From NCBI GenBank assembly GCA_963781645.1, contig CAWAGY010000031.1:27562-91561 (forward strand): a stretch of DNA of 64,000 bases, read 5' to 3'. The DNA is from an uncultured Alphaproteobacteria bacterium. GTDB lineage: Bacteria > Pseudomonadota > Alphaproteobacteria > Rhodospirillales > Defluviicoccaceae. This document shows, one piece after another, positions 11,117 to 23,871 of this stretch; positions within the stretch are counted from its first letter, which is position 1; each line of letters opens with the position of its first letter. A program made the position numbers and the translations under genes. Under the pieces are notes generated by a model. That model saw only the letters and a list, made by a program, of their open reading frames with translations, did not search any database and was not told the origin of the DNA.

Positions 11117-11131
11117 GAACATATCATGAAC
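11117..11131. promoter_or_regulatory. Alphaproteobacterial LexA (SOS) box
   Basis: GAACatatcatGAAC, a perfect GAAC-N7-GAAC match next to a minus-strand TATAAA. Confidence 0.65.
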
Positions 11132-11384
11132 ATTTATAACCGAAAAGGAGTTTTTTCTTATCCACGGGTGCGTATGGGGCGCAGCGGCCCATCCGCCCCG
11201 GGCTGACGCGTCTCCTCAGCCGCGACTCGCCGGGGCGGAAGACGCGCCCGAAGGCAACGCAAACTCGCAACTGTTGCAAAAAAATGATGACGGGAGCGAA
11301 TACTTATAGTAGTTTCCGACAGGTGCTGTGGAACATTAAAAAAGCGCTTGACAAGCCCGGGTTTTGGGAAACGTGCGAGAATAA

Positions 11385-11534
11385 CGTCGGGATCGATCGA
11401 CAAAGAGCATAAAAAGGGTAGAGGGAAGGCGCGGTCGGGATCTCCAGCGCATTTCAAAACCCGCGTACGGGTCGTAACGCGATCAACTCGAGCCTGACGA
11501 GCGGCTCCGGCGGCCACCATCGGTGGCCGTTTTT
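11385..11534 (+). ncRNA. Candidate structured small RNA (5' end approximate)
   Basis: TTGACA at 11348, a purine-rich leader, hairpins ACCCG-cgta-CGGGT and GAGCC-N8-GGCTC, then a + strand terminator. No credible + strand ORF. Confidence 0.4.
11511..11534 (+). terminator. Rho-independent terminator
   Basis: CGGCCACC-atc-GGTGGCCG followed by TTTTT. Confidence 0.75.
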
Positions 11535-11562
11535 GCTTGGGTTCAAGCGCTCTCCACCGTTT

Positions 11563-12154
11563 TCAGCCGTCTGCTGCGCGGGTGGACCATGGCGGTCCGG
11601 CCGCAAGAATGCGGGCCTGCACCGGACAATCGTCTTCGTGCGCGCCCGCCAGATAGCCGGTACTGACAAGAAACTCGCGCACGACCTCCTTGCCCATGAA
11701 GCGAAAGGTCCGACGAAACAGACGTCAGCCATTCGCTCTCGTTGCGCGGATGGTGGTCATCGAGCCAGTCGGCGAAGCGGCCTCGCCCGCCGTCGGCCGC
11801 CTCTCCATTCCCGCCGTCGCGCCGGGGGCCTTCGCTCAGCCCGACCAGCACCCGCGCATTAGCGATGACCGCCTCGATCTTCCCGCGATTGCGAATGATT
11901 TCGGCGTCCGCCAGCAGCCGGCCGACATCGGCCTCATCGAACGCGGCGACACGGGCGACGTCGAAGCCGGCGAACGCGCGGACAAACGCCGGCCGCTTCA
12001 TCAGCACCAGCCGCCACGACAACCCGGCCTGGAAAATCTCCAGCGACAGCCGCTCGAAGAGGATGCGATCGTCGGCGACGGGAAAGCCGTACTCCGCCTC
12101 GTGATAGGCCCTCTGCAGCGGATCGGCGGCGGCAACGCGGCGACAGTAGGGCAT
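11563..12154 (-). CDS. tag: DNA-3-methyladenine glycosylase I (frameshift near 11720)
   Basis: YHEAEYGFP, LFERLSLEIFQAGLSW and IIRNRGKIEAVIANA. The C-terminal GYLAGAHEDDCP lies in a shifted frame. Confidence 0.85.
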
Positions 12155-12167
12155 GGCCTATCCCGGC

Positions 12168-12410
12168 CTATCCGGGTCGGAAGGAGATCGCCCCCGTCTC
12201 GATGACGACGTAGACGATCATCCAGAAAACGGCGGCAACTACCGAGGTTGCCGCCACTTTCCGCCACATGTTCGGGCGCAGCGGCGCACCCGCCGCGTGG
12301 CCCTTGGCGACGTCCTCGTTGCCGATCGGCTTGACGCCCCATGGCAGGACCATGAACAGCACCGTCCACCAGATAATGAAGTAGACGGCGATCCCGCTCA
12401 CCCAGCCCAT
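12168..12410 (-). CDS. DUF1467-family membrane protein
   Basis: YFIIWWTVLFMVLPWGV...GAP motif, in its usual position after mce. Confidence 0.85.
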   Translation of the reverse strand: MGWVSGIAVYFIIWWTVLFMVLPWGVKPIGNEDVAKGHAAGAPLRPNMWRKVAATSVVAAVFWMIVYVVIETGAISFRPG

Positions 12411-12458
12411 GGTAGGCGCCGCATCCTCCGCCTCATCGACGCCGTCGCCGGCCGCCGC

Positions 12459-12893
12459 CTATTCGGCGGCGTGTGCATGGCCGTGCGCGCCGGCCTGCTC
12501 CAGTTCGACGAGCGCTCCGTAGAAATCCTTCGGGTGCAGGAAAAGGACGGGATTGCCGTGCGCACCGATCTTCGGGTTGCCGTCGCCAAGAACACGCGCG
12601 CCCTTCGCCTTCAACTGATCGCGGGCGGCGAGAATGTCCTCCACCTCGTAGCAGATGTGGTGGATGCCGCCGCCGGGGTTCTTGTCGAGAAACCCTTTGA
12701 TCGGCGATTTTTCGCCGAGCGGATACAACAGCTCGACCTTGGTGTTGGGCAGCTCGATAAAGACGACGGTGACGCCGTGGTCGGGTTCATCGTGCGGTTC
12801 CGACACCTTGGCGCCGAGGACGTCGCGATAGGTCTTGACCGCCGCGTCCAGGTTCGGCACGGCGATGGCCACGTGGTTAAATCTGCCGATCAT
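12459..12893 (-). CDS. mce: Methylmalonyl-CoA epimerase
   Basis: NHVAIAVP, GGIHHICYEV, GAHGNPVLFLHPKD and LVELEQ. Confidence 0.95.
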   Translation of the reverse strand: MIGRFNHVAIAVPNLDAAVKTYRDVLGAKVSEPHDEPDHGVTVVFIELPNTKVELLYPLGEKSPIKGFLDKNPGGGIHHICYEVEDILAARDQLKAKGARVLGDGNPKIGAHGNPVLFLHPKDFYGALVELEQAGAHGHAHAAE

Positions 12894-14564
12894 TTTTCCC
12901 TCTTCTGTCTCTCGGGCGTCCGGACCAGATGCACGTGCGTTACTGGTCTCTTCTCGAATAATTGGCGAAAGGTCCGGCGAACGACAAGGCGTATGGCGTC
13001 GCGGACCGTCTCTTCGTCGTTACTGCGCGCTCGGAAGCTCGGCCACGGCGGCAAGCACCGCGGCCCGGACCCTCGCCAGCGCCTCGCCCTCGTCGCTGCC
13101 GATCAGGCCTACCGTCGAGATTTGCACGTCGGCCTCGTCGGGCGCCCCGTTGAGGAAGACGCTCACCAGGGCGACGCCATTATATAGCGCCTTTGTACGC
13201 TCCTTGACGAGATGGCCTTCGATCGGCTCGAGGCGATTGCCCTCAACCGCGAGACGGCCGGCCGGTACCCGCTCAACGACCGCGGGCGGGTCGGGAAACA
13301 GGCGGACGAGCGCCCCGTTCTCGACGACGAGGACATCCTTCACCCCCTCCCGCCGGGCGAGGCGCGCGTGCGCCGTCAGGTGCCGGAGCTCGCCGTGCAC
13401 CGGGATCGCGAGGCGCGGGCGGACGAGGCGGTACATCCGGGCGAGCTCGTCTTCGGCCGGATGCCCGGAGACATGAACAAGGCCGTCACGCTGGCCGAGA
13501 ATGCGGATGCCGCGGCGGATGAGCTGATTGCAGAGGCGGCCGATCGCAAGCTCATTGCCGGGGATCACCCGCGACGAGAAGATGACGGTGTCGCCGTCAT
13601 CGAGGCTCAGTTGCGGGTGATCGTCGCTCGCCAGCCGCGACAGCGCGGCGCGCGGCTCGCCCTGGCCGCCGGTGCAGACGATCAGCGTCCGGTCGCGCGG
13701 CATCAGCGCCCCGAAGCGGTCGTCGACGAACGCCGGCAACTCGCGGAGATAACCGCACTCCAGGGCCGCCTGGTAGTTCCGCTTCAAGGAGTGGCCGGTC
13801 ATCACCACGTCGCGGCCGTTTTCCTGTGCGGCGCGGGCGATCGTGTGCAGGCGGGCGACGTTCGAGGCGAAGCAGGCGACGATGACGCGCTCGCGGCATT
13901 GGGCTATCAGCCGCGACAACGACGCGAGCAGCGCGGCCTCCGAGCCGGAGCTGCCGGGCTCGAAGACGTTGGTGGAATCGCAGATCAGGGCGAGCACGCC
14001 GGCATCGCCGTGGCGGCAGAGGGCGGCCTCGTCGGAGACCGGGCCGACGACCGGGTCGGGATCGAACTTCCAGTCGCCGGTATGGAGGACGGTGCCGGCG
14101 GCGGTTCTGATGGCGACGGCGTTCGCTTCCGGGATCGAGTGGGTGATCGAGATCGTTTCCAGATCGAACCGGCCGATGCGGAAACGGCCGTCGTCCGGCA
14201 CCAGGTGGAGCGGCACCTGATCGCCCCACTCCACCTGATCGAGCTTGCGCCGCAGGATGGTCAGGGCGAAGGCGCTCGCGTAGACGGGGCAGCCGAGCCG
14301 CGGCCACAGATACGGCACCGCGCCCAGATGATCCTCGTGGGCGTGCGTCAGAAGCAGGCCGTCGAGGCGGTCGCGGCGCTCGGTAATATAGCCGGGATCG
14401 GGACAGATCACGTCGATGCCGGGCACGACACCGGCGTTGAAGGTGATGCCGAGGTCGATCATCAGCCAGCGCCGGTCGCCCGGCGGGCCGTAGCCGTAGA
14501 GATTGAGGTTCATGCCGATCTCGCCGGAACCGCCGAGCGGCAGGAAGACGAGCTCGTCAGCCAT
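12890..14564 (-). CDS. rnj: Ribonuclease J (frameshift near 13020)
   Basis: PLGGSGEIGMN, THAHEDHLG, HTGDWK, HVSGHP and PVHGE. The C-terminal KRPVTHVHLVR is in a shifted frame whose stop overlaps the mce start. Confidence 0.93.
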
Positions 14565-15347
14565 CGCCGCCGTTGCTGCCGTTGCGGCGATGGATGAGAA
14601 ACAAGCCCTGCAGCGTCAGATCGGAGACGACCCGGCCGAGCACCGGGCAGCAATCGGCGAACAGTGGGGCGAGACCGCCCGTGGCGATCACGCCGGCCGA
14701 TGTTCCCGAGCTCGCCCCTGATCCGCGGCAACGGTGCCCTCGATCAGGCCGACATAGCCCCAGAAGATGCCGGAGCGCATCGCCTGCACCGTGTTCTTGC
14801 CGATCACCCGCTCCGGCCGGCCGATGGCGACCCGCGGCAGCTGCGCCGCCGCCTGGTGCAGGGCTTCGAGCGACAGGTTGATGCCGGGAGCGATGGTGCC
14901 GCCGACGTAGTTGCCGTCGCCGTCGATGACGTCGAAGGTGGTGGCGGTGCCGAAATCGACGATGATGCGGGGACCGCCGAACAGCCGGTGCGCGGCCACG
15001 GCGTTGACCAGGCGGTCGGCGCCGACCTCCTCCGGCCGGTCGACGAGGACGCGGATGCCGATGTCCACATCGGCGGCGCCGATCACCAGCGGCTGGCAGG
15101 CGAAGTAGCGCCGGCAGAGGAGCCGGTGATTGAACAGCCCCGCCGGCACCACCGAGGCGATGATCGCGGCGGTGATGTCGGTCCTCTCCAGGCCGGCGAG
15201 GCTGAGGAGCTGCGATAGCCAGATCCCGGTCTCGTCGGCGGTGCGATTGACGTCGGTCGAGGAGCGCCATTCGCCGCGGATCACGCCGTCGTCGTCGAAG
15301 ACGGCAAAGACGGTGTTGGTGTTGCCGGTGTCGATGGCGAGCAGCAT
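14557..15347 (-). CDS. coaX: Type III pantothenate kinase (frameshift near 14720)
   Basis: [30 protein letters not shown] and IATGGLA. Confidence 0.93.
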
Positions 15348-15364
15348 CCGCCGCCGTTCCCGCC

Positions 15365-16226
15365 TCAGCCCTGCAGCGTCAGCGGCGACGGCAGACAGTC
15401 GCCGGCGGCGATCGTGCGGCGACCGCCGGCGGCGTCGAGAATGAGCGCTCCCATCGCATCAAGATCGACAAAGCGGCCGGTAACACTCGCGCCACCATCG
15501 CCGAGGCGGACGGTGAGTGCCTCGCCCGGACGATGGGCGAGCGCCTTCCAGGCATTCCGGATCGGCGCGAAGCCGGCCCGTTGCCACTCGGCGAGACTGG
15601 AGGCAAAGGCGTTCAGCACCCGCTGCCAGCATCGCGGCGGGGGTTGCGCCCGCGGCGCCGGCGGCGGTGAGGCAGGTGGCGGGAACGAGGCCGCCGGTCT
15701 CTTCCGGATGGCTCGCAATGTTGAGACCGATGCCGAGGACGACCCAGTCGACGCAGCCATCCGCGTCCGTCGCCGTCTCCAGCAGCAGCCCGGCCACCTT
15801 GCGGCCATCGACGAGAATGTCGTTTGGCCATTTGCAGCGGACGCGGGCGGACGCATCGAGCAGCCCCGCAACCGCCCCGGCGACGGCGACGGCGGCGACG
15901 AAGCCGATTTCCGGCACCCGCGCGAGCGGGCAGGTGGGGCGCAGCAGGATCGACAGATAGAGGTTGCCGGGCGGCGATGTCCAGACGCGGCGCTGGCGGC
16001 CGCGGCCGGCGGTCTGCTCTCCTGCGGTGACGACGAGACCGGCGGCTTCGCCGGAGAGGGCGAAGCGCTTCGCCTCGTCGTTGGTGGAGCCGACGCTGGC
16101 AAGGACGATTAGCCGATAGCCGTGGGGAAGGCGACAATCCTCAGGGCGGCTATACCCGTCTGTCAGGCGGGCGGCCGATGGAGGCGGATCGCTTGCGGGC
16201 CCGGTCGCCCCTCGGCCAGCGATCAT
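15365..16226 (-). CDS. birA: Biotin--[acetyl-CoA carboxylase] ligase (frameshift near 15630)
   Basis: [31 protein letters not shown] and GIGLN. Confidence 0.92.
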
Positions 16227-17722
16227 CCGCCGAACAGCGACGTGGCGGCGGCGCCGGCGCTCGACAGCAGGGGTGCGGGTAGAGGAAGAAGAAGCCGATC
16301 ATCACGCCCGTCGTCGCCATCACGATGGCAATTTCCCACCGGGTGCCGCGGTCGAAGCGGCTCGGCGACGGTCGTCGAAATACATGATCTTGACGATGCG
16401 CAGGTAGTAGTAGGCGCCGACCACGCTGGTCAGCACGCCGATGACGGCGAGCAGTACAGGCTGCGCCTCGACCGCGGCGAGGAAGACGTAGAGCTTGCCG
16501 AAGAAGCCGGCGAGCGGCGGGATGCCGGCCATCGAGAACATGAAGATGGCCAGCGCCAGCGCCATCTCGGATTGCTGCGGCCGAGACCGGCGAGATCGCT
16601 GATCGCCCTCGACCGCGCTGGCCGCGGCGGCGCATGGCGAGGATGCAGGCGAAGGTGCCGACGTTCATGAAGATGTAGATCGACCATGTAGATCAGCACG
16701 CCGCGCACGCCTTCCGGCGTGCCGACGGCGAGGCCGATCAGCGCGTAGCCGACATGGCCGATCGAGCTGTAGGCCATCAGCCGCTTGATGTTGGTCTGGC
16801 CGATGGCGGCGAAGCGCGCCGAGGATCATCGAGGCGATCGAGACGAAGACGATGATCTGCTGCCACTGCGCCAGCAGGCTGCCGAACGGCTCGATCAGGA
16901 CGCGCACGAAGCAGCGCCATCGCCGCGAGCTTCGGCGCGACCGCGAAGAAGGCGGTGACCGGCGTCGGCGCGCCTTCGTAGACGTCCGGCGTCCACATGT
17001 GGAACGGCACCGCCGACGATCTTGAAGGCGAGGCCGGCGATCAGGAAGACGAGGCCGACGATCAGCGCCGTCGCCGGCGCGCTCGCCGCCGTGGCCGGCG
17101 ACAGACGCGTGCGAGCGCGCGAAATCGGTGCGTGCCGGCGAAGCCGTAGACCAGCGAGACTGCCGTAGAGCAGCATGCCCGGAGGCGAGCGCGCCGAGGA
17201 CGAAGTATTTCAGCCCGGCCTCGGTGGAGCGGACATCGTCGCGGTCGAAGGCGGCGAGGACGTAGAGCGCCAGCGACTCTGCAGCTCGAGGCCGAGATAG
17301 AGCGCGATCAGGTCGTTGGCCGAGACCATCAGCAGCATGCCGAGGGTGGCGAACAGGACGAGCACCGGTGAACTCGAACCGCGCCATCTCTCGCCCGCTC
17401 CATGAAGTCCTGAGCGCGATCAGCAGGGACATGCCGGCGGCGATCAGCACCAGCACCTTGAAGAACCGCGCGAACGTGTCGACGACGAACATGTCGCCGA
17501 AGGCGGCACGAGCGGCGCGCGGCGTGATGGTGACGACGAGCAACAAAGTGAGCGCCAGCGTCACCAGTCCGAGCCGCTGGATGAGCCGGCTCGCCTGAAC
17601 AGCCGCCGCTTCGTCGCCTTCGCGCTGAAAGACGCCGAGGAGAAGCAGTCCCATGGCCGCCAGCGGCAAGGAACGATCTCCGGCATCGCCGGGATCAGAT
17701 CGGGCAATTCGGCCAGCGCCAT
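16223..17722 (-). CDS. nuoN: NADH-quinone oxidoreductase subunit N (multiple frameshifts)
   Basis: Fragments [35 protein letters not shown] and [14 protein letters not shown]. Confidence 0.9.
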
Positions 17723-17726
17723 CAGG

Positions 17727-19280
17727 TTACTCCCCAGCCCCGAGCCGATCGCTCATGGCGCGAGCACTGGCAGACTTCGGCAGCGCTCGCCGCCAGCTCG
17801 ACGCGGGCAACGAGGGTGTCGACGGATGCGTGCGATCAGTATGCAGGAACGAGCTCCGGATAGATGCCCATCCACAAGGTGAGGACGACGAGCGGCGCGA
17901 AGATCGCCACCTCGCGCGGGCGCAGATCGGCAATCGCCTTCAGCGCTTCCTTGGTCAGCGCGCCGAAGATCACCCGGCGATAGAGATAGAGCATGTAGGC
18001 GGCGCCGAGGACCATGCCGGTGGCGATCAGCGCCGCGACCCAGGCGTTGGTCTCGAACGCGCCGACCATGACCAGGAACTCGCCGACGAAGCCGCGATGT
18101 GCCCGGCAGCCCGACCGACGCCAGCATGAACACCATGAAGGTCGAAGGCGTAGAGCGGCATGCGGTGGACGAGGCCGCCGTAGGTGGCGATGTCGCGCGA
18201 ATGCATCCGGTCGTAGACGACGCCGACGACGAGGAACAGCGCCGCCGAGACGATGCCGTGGCTGAGCATCTGGAAGAGCGCGCCCTCGATGCCCTGCGTC
18301 GTCATCGATGAAGGCGCCGGCGGTGACGAACGCCCATGTGCGCGACCGAGGAGTAGGCGATCAGCTTCTTCATGTCCTCCTGGGCCAGGGCCACCAGCGA
18401 CGTGTAGATCACGGCGATGACGCTGAGCGCGAACATCAAGCGGCGCGAAATCGATCGACGCCTCCGGCAGCATCGGCAGCGAGAAGCGCAGGAAGCCGTA
18501 GCCGCCGAATCTTCAGCAGGACGCCGGCGAGGATGACCGAGCCGGCGGTCGGTGCCTCGACGTGCGCGTCCGGCAGCCAGGTGTGCACCGGCCACATCGG
18601 CAGCTTGACGGCAAACGCGGCGAGGAAGGCGAGCCACAGCCAGTTCTGCAGCTCGACCGGAAAGTCGTAGGTGAGCAGCAGCCGGGATGTCGGTGGTGCC
18701 GGCGCGTGAAGTAGATGGTGAGCAGCGCGATCAGCATCAAAACCGAGCCGATCAGCGTGTAAAGGAAGAACTTGAACGCCGAATAGACGCGGCGCGGGCC
18801 GCCCCAGATGCCGATGATCAGGAACATCGGGATCAGCACGCCTTCGAAGAACACATAGAAAAGAACGAGATCGAGCGCGCAGAAGGTGCCGACCAGCATC
18901 GTCTCCATGAAGAGGAAGGCGACCATGTACTCCTTTACCCGCTGCTGGATACGCGTCCCAGCTGGCGAGGATGCAGATCGGGGATCAGCAGCGTCGACAA
19001 CATCACGAACATCACCGAGATGCCGTCGACGCCCATGTGGTACGAGATGTTGAAGTCGGGCATCCACAGCGCCCGCTCTTCCAGCTGGAAGCCGGCGTTG
19101 GCCGGATCGAAGCTCGAACCAGATGCCGAGCGAGAGCACGAACGTCGTCAGCGACGTCAGCAGCGCGACGTTGCGGGCGTTGCGCGCGACCACGTCCGGC
19201 TCGCCGCGGACGGTGATGATGAACGCGGCGCCGACGAGCGGCAGGAACGTGACCAGGGAGAGGAGCGGCAGATCGACCAT
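17727..19280 (-). CDS. nuoM: NADH-quinone oxidoreductase subunit M (multiple frameshifts)
   Basis: [41 protein letters not shown] and [10 protein letters not shown]. Confidence 0.9.
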
Positions 19281-19287
19281 GGCGGCT

Positions 19288-21260
19288 CTATCCCATCGCT
19301 CGCAAAAGGTACCAGGAGACCAGGATGAGGATGCCGATCAGCATGGCGAAGGCGTAGTGGAAGATGTAGCCGGTCTGCAGGCGGGTCGCTCCGCGGGCGA
19401 TGCGGAGCGCCGTTGCGGCGACGCCGTCGGGGCCGAGCCCGTCGATCAACTGGCCGTCGCCGCCCTTCCAGAAGCCGCGGCCGATGGCGAACGACGGGCG
19501 GACGAACAGCCAGTCGTAAAGCTCGTCGAAGTACCACTTGTTGAGGAGGAACAGGTAGATCGGCGCGGAACGCTCCCGGCGATCCGCGCCGGCAGACCGG
19601 GGATGAACATGTACATGACGTAGGCGAGGAGGATCCCGGCAAGACCCACGGCGAGCGGCAGATAGCTCACCCACACAGGCACGTGGTGGGCATCCTCAAG
19701 CGCCGGGTGCTGCGGCAGTACGAACAACGCGCCGTGCCAGAAGGAATCCATGTCGGCGCCCACGAACCAGCGATAGCCGATCCAACCGGCGAAGACGGCG
19801 CCGAAGGCCAGCACCGACATCGGCACCAGCATCACCAGCGGCGACTCGTGCACGTGCGCCATGATGCTCTCGCTCGGCGCGCGGCTTGCCGTGGAAGGTC
19901 ATCAGCAGCAGGCGCCACGAATAGAAGGCGGTCATGAAGGCGGCGGCAACGCCCGCCCAGAAGGCGAACATGCCCGACGCCGGTGTCGGCGGCGAAGGCG
20001 GATTCGATGATCGTGTCCTTCGACTAGAAGCCGGCGAAGCAACGGCCAGATGCCGGCCAGGGCGAGGGCGCCGATCCACATCAGCACGTACGTCGACCGG
20101 GATCAACTTCCACAGCCCGCCCATCTTGCGCATGTCCTGCTCGTCCGACATGGCGTGGATGACCGAGCCGGAGCCGAGGAACAGCAGCGCCTTGAAGAAG
20201 GCATGCGTCGTCAGATGGAAGATGCCGGCGGCGTAGGCGGACACGCCGAGCGGCGAAGAACATGTAGCCGAGCTGCGAGCAGGTCGAGTACGCGATCACC
20301 CGCTTGATGTCGTTCTGCACGCAGGCCGATCGTCGCCGCAAAGAAGCACGTGGTCCCGCCGACGATGGTGACGACGGCGAGTGCGGTATCGGAATACTCG
20401 AACAAGGGCGACATCCGGGCAGACGAGGAAGACGCCGGCGGTGACCATCGTCGCCGCGTGGATCAGGGCCGAGACCGGGGTCGGGCCTTCCATCGCGTCC
20501 GGCAGCCAGGTGTGCAGGCCGATCTGTGCCGACTTGCCCATGGCGCCGATGAACAGCAGCAGGCAGATCAGGGTGATCGCGTGCAGATCGGCGCCGAACA
20601 GCGAGACGATCGGCGCCGGCGTGGGCGGCGGCGGCGGCGAACATCGTGTCGAGGTCGGTCGGTGCCGAAGACGAAGAAGACGGCGATGATGCCGAGCATG
20701 AATCCGAAGTCGCCGATGCGGTTGACGATGAAGGCCTTGATCGCCGCCGCATTCGCCGACGGCCGGTCGTACCAGAAGCCGATCAGGAGGTAGGACGCGA
20801 GGCCGACGCCTTCCCAGCCGAAAAACAGCTGCAACAGGTTGTCGGCGGTGATCAGCATCAGCATGAAGAAGGTGAACAGGTTCAGATACGCCATGAACCG
20901 CGGGATGCTGTGATCGTGGTGCATGTAGCCGATCGAATAGACGTGCACCATCGCCGAGACGACGGTGACGACGAGCATCATCACCGCGGTCAGGCTATCG
21001 ACCTTCAGGGCCCACTCGGCGCGGAAATCCCCCGAGGCCACCCAGTTGAACACGAGGCTCGTCCGCGCGTTGCCCTCGACGACGACATCGATGAAGACGA
21101 CGATCGCCGCCGCCATCGACAAGAGCAGCGCGCCACAGGTGATGAGCTGGGCGATGCGGTCGATCCGGTGCTCGGCGTGGCTGTCCCTTTTCGGTACGAA
21201 GGCGAGGATGCCGGCGAGGACGGCACCGAGGAGCGGCAGGAAAACAACGACAGCCGGCAT
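19288..21260 (-). CDS. nuoL: NADH-quinone oxidoreductase subunit L (multiple frameshifts)
   Basis: [48 protein letters not shown] and NKWYFDE. Confidence 0.92.
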
Positions 21261-21270
21261 GATCGAAGCC

Positions 21271-21582
21271 TCACCCTTTCATCAGGTTGACGTCTTCGAC
21301 GGCGATCGTTCCCCGGTTGCGGAAGTAGATCACCAGGATGGCGAGGCCGATGGCGGCTTCGGCCGCCGCCACCGTGAGGATGAACAAGGCGAAGACCTGG
21401 CCGACCAGGTCCTGCAGGGCGACCGAGAAGGCGACGAAGTTGATGTTGACGGCGAGCAGCAACAGCTCGATCGACATCAGGATGATGATGATGTTCTTGC
21501 GGTTGATAAAGATGCCGAAGATGCCGAGCGCGAAGATGATCGCCGCGACCGACAGATAATGGGTGAGGCCGATCTGCAGCAT
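21271..21582 (-). CDS. nuoK: NADH-quinone oxidoreductase subunit K
   Basis: [11 protein letters not shown] and [11 protein letters not shown]. Confidence 0.96.
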   Translation of the reverse strand: MLQIGLTHYLSVAAIIFALGIFGIFINRKNIIIILMSIELLLLAVNINFVAFSVALQDLVGQVFALFILTVAAAEAAIGLAILVIYFRNRGTIAVEDVNLMKG

Positions 21583-22190
21583 CAGATCCCCCTCCCCGAC
21601 GGGACCTTGCGGACCTCGATCGTATCCCCGCGGGCGATCTGGGCGGCGATGTTCTGACGGCGAACGCCGGGGCGGCGGCGATGGGTGAGGACGATGGCGC
21701 CGATCATTGCGATCAGCAGGATCACACCGGCCGCCTGGAACAAATAGGCATAGTGGGTATAGATCAGCTGACCGAGCGCGCGGGTGTTGCTGGCCTGTTC
21801 TGGCGTCGGCAAAGGCGCTGCGGAAACGCGCATGGCATCGGGCGCCAGCGTCCAGCCGCCGAGGATCAGCAGCAGTTCACCGAGCACGATCAGGCCGATG
21901 ACGCCGCCGATCGGCAGGTAGCGGAGAAAGCCCTGGCGCAGTTCGGCGAAATTGATGTCGAGCATCATCACGACGAACAAGAACATCACCGCCACCGCCC
22001 CCACGTAGACGATGACGAGGATCATCGCCAGGAACTCGGCCTCCATCAGGACGAACAGGCCGGCGGCATTGAAGAAGGCGAGGATGAGGAAGAGGACGGA
22101 GTGCACCGGATTGCGCGCCGAGATGACCATCACGGCGGCACCGACCGCGACCAGCGCGAAGACGTAGAAGGCGATCGCCTGAATGATCAT
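21582..22190 (-). CDS. nuoJ: NADH-quinone oxidoreductase subunit J
   Basis: RNPVHSVL and [17 protein letters not shown]. Confidence 0.95.
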   Translation of the reverse strand: MIIQAIAFYVFALVAVGAAVMVISARNPVHSVLFLILAFFNAAGLFVLMEAEFLAMILVIVYVGAVAVMFLFVVMMLDINFAELRQGFLRYLPIGGVIGLIVLGELLLILGGWTLAPDAMRVSAAPLPTPEQASNTRALGQLIYTHYAYLFQAAGVILLIAMIGAIVLTHRRRPGVRRQNIAAQIARGDTIEVRKVPSGRGI

Positions 22191-22298
22191 CGGAGGCCCA
22201 AGCGCGAAATGCCGGTAACGAAATGCCCGTAGCGGGCGGAACAAGGGCGACCGCCCGGCGGCCGGCCGCCTTCTTATTGTCGGATCAACCTGACACAG

Positions 22299-22787
22299 TC
22301 AACGGTAAGGAGCATCGGCGGCGAGGTTTGCGGCGAGCTCCGTTTCCCAGCGATCGCCGTTGGCGAGCAGCTTTTCCTTGTCGTAGAGCAGCTCCTCGCG
22401 GGTCTCGGTGGCGAACTCGAAGTTGGGGCCCTCGACGATCGCGTCGACCGGGCACGCCTCCTGGCAGTAGCCGCAGTAGATGCACTTGACCATGTCGATG
22501 TCGTAGCGGGTCGTCCGCCGGCTGCCGTCCTCGCGCGGCTCGGCCTCGATGGTGATCGCCTGCGCCGGGCAGATGGCCTCGCACAACTTGCAGGCGATGC
22601 ACCGCTCCTCCCCGTTCGGATAACGGCGGAGCGCATGCTCGCCGCGGAAGCGCGGGCTGAGCGGCCCCTTCTCGTACGGATAATTAAGCGTCACCTTCGG
22701 CTGAAACATGTACTTGAAGGTGAGCCCCAGACCCGACAACAGCTCGGTGAGGAAGATGCTGCGGGCGGCGCGGTCCATGAAGCTCAT
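22299..22787 (-). CDS. nuoI: NADH-quinone oxidoreductase subunit I
   Basis: Two 4Fe-4S motifs: [12 protein letters not shown] and [12 protein letters not shown]. Confidence 0.97.
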   Translation of the reverse strand: MSFMDRAARSIFLTELLSGLGLTFKYMFQPKVTLNYPYEKGPLSPRFRGEHALRRYPNGEERCIACKLCEAICPAQAITIEAEPREDGSRRTTRYDIDMVKCIYCGYCQEACPVDAIVEGPNFEFATETREELLYDKEKLLANGDRWETELAANLAADAPYR

Positions 22788-22806
22788 TAAAGGGGCCTCT
22801 TCTTCG

Positions 22807-23871
22807 TCAACGCCCCACGGGCGCAATATGAAAAACGACGAGCACGCCGGAGACGATAACCACGGCGGCGAGCGACAAAGGCAGGAAAACCTTCCAGCCG
22901 AGGCGCATCAACTGATCGTAGCGGAAGCGGGGGAACGTCGCCCGCACCCACAGGAAGACAAACAGGCAGGCGGCGATCTTGATGGCGAACCAGATCGGGC
23001 CCGGAATCCAGGTGAACGGCGCGATGTTGAAGGGCGGCAGCCAGCCGCCCAGGAACAAGACGCTCGTTATCGCCGACATCAGGATCATGTTGGCATATTC
23101 GCCGAGGAAGAACAGGGCGAAGGTCATCGCCGAGTACTCTACGTTGTAGCCGGAGACCAGTTCCGCCTCGGCCTCCGGCAGGTCAAACGGATGACGGTTG
23201 GTCTCGGCGAGCGCCGAGACGAAGAAGATCACCGCCATCGGCAGGAGCGGCAGGGCGAACCACCAGTTGACGATGCCCGTGCCCCGCTGTGCCTCGACGA
23301 TGGCGCTCATGTTGAGCGAGCCGACGCAGAGCAGCACGGTGATGATGACGAAGCCCATGGAGACTTCATAGGAGACCATCTGCGCCGCAGAGCGCATGGC
23401 GCCGAGGAAGGCATACTTCGAGTTGCTCGCCCAGCCGGCCATGATGATGCCGTAGACGCCGAGCGAGGAGATCGCGAACAGATAGGTTATGCCGACGTTG
23501 ATATCGGAAAGCACCCAGCCGTCATTGAACGGGATCACCGCCCAGGCAACCAGCGCCAGGATGAAGGTGATCATCGGTGCCAGCACGAAAACGCCGCGAT
23601 TGGCGCCGGACGGGATCACCGTCTCCTTCAGGAACAGCTTCAGGCCGTCGGCCATCGGCTGCAAGAGGCCGAAAGGCCCGACCACATTCGGTCCCTTGCG
23701 CAGGTGCATGGACGCGATGACCTTGCGCTCCGCGAACGTCAGATAGGCGACACAAAGCAACAGCGGCAGGACGATCGCCAGGATCTGCAGGACATAGAGG
23801 ATGGCCGGCCACAGCCAGACCGTCCACCATTCGGCCGCAATCCAGTTCCCCGGCATCCACGCGCTAGTCAT
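22807..23871 (-). CDS. nuoH: NADH-quinone oxidoreductase subunit H
   Basis: ERKV...GPNVVG...ADGLKL and [14 protein letters not shown]. Confidence 0.97.
   Translation of the reverse strand: MTSAWMPGNWIAAEWWTVWLWPAILYVLQILAIVLPLLLCVAYLTFAERKVIASMHLRKGPNVVGPFGLLQPMADGLKLFLKETVIPSGANRGVFVLAPMITFILALVAWAVIPFNDGWVLSDINVGITYLFAISSLGVYGIIMAGWASNSKYAFLGAMRSAAQMVSYEVSMGFVIITVLLCVGSLNMSAIVEAQRGTGIVNWWFALPLLPMAVIFFVSALAETNRHPFDLPEAEAELVSGYNVEYSAMTFALFFLGEYANMILMSAITSVLFLGGWLPPFNIAPFTWIPGPIWFAIKIAACLFVFLWVRATFPRFRYDQLMRLGWKVFLPLSLAAVVIVSGVLVVFHIAPVGR

Noticed and set aside
11543-12410. tag rather than proS following mce-DUF1467
   Set aside because: This is a simple synteny difference from my recollection of other alphaproteobacteria, with no mechanistic signal in the sequence.
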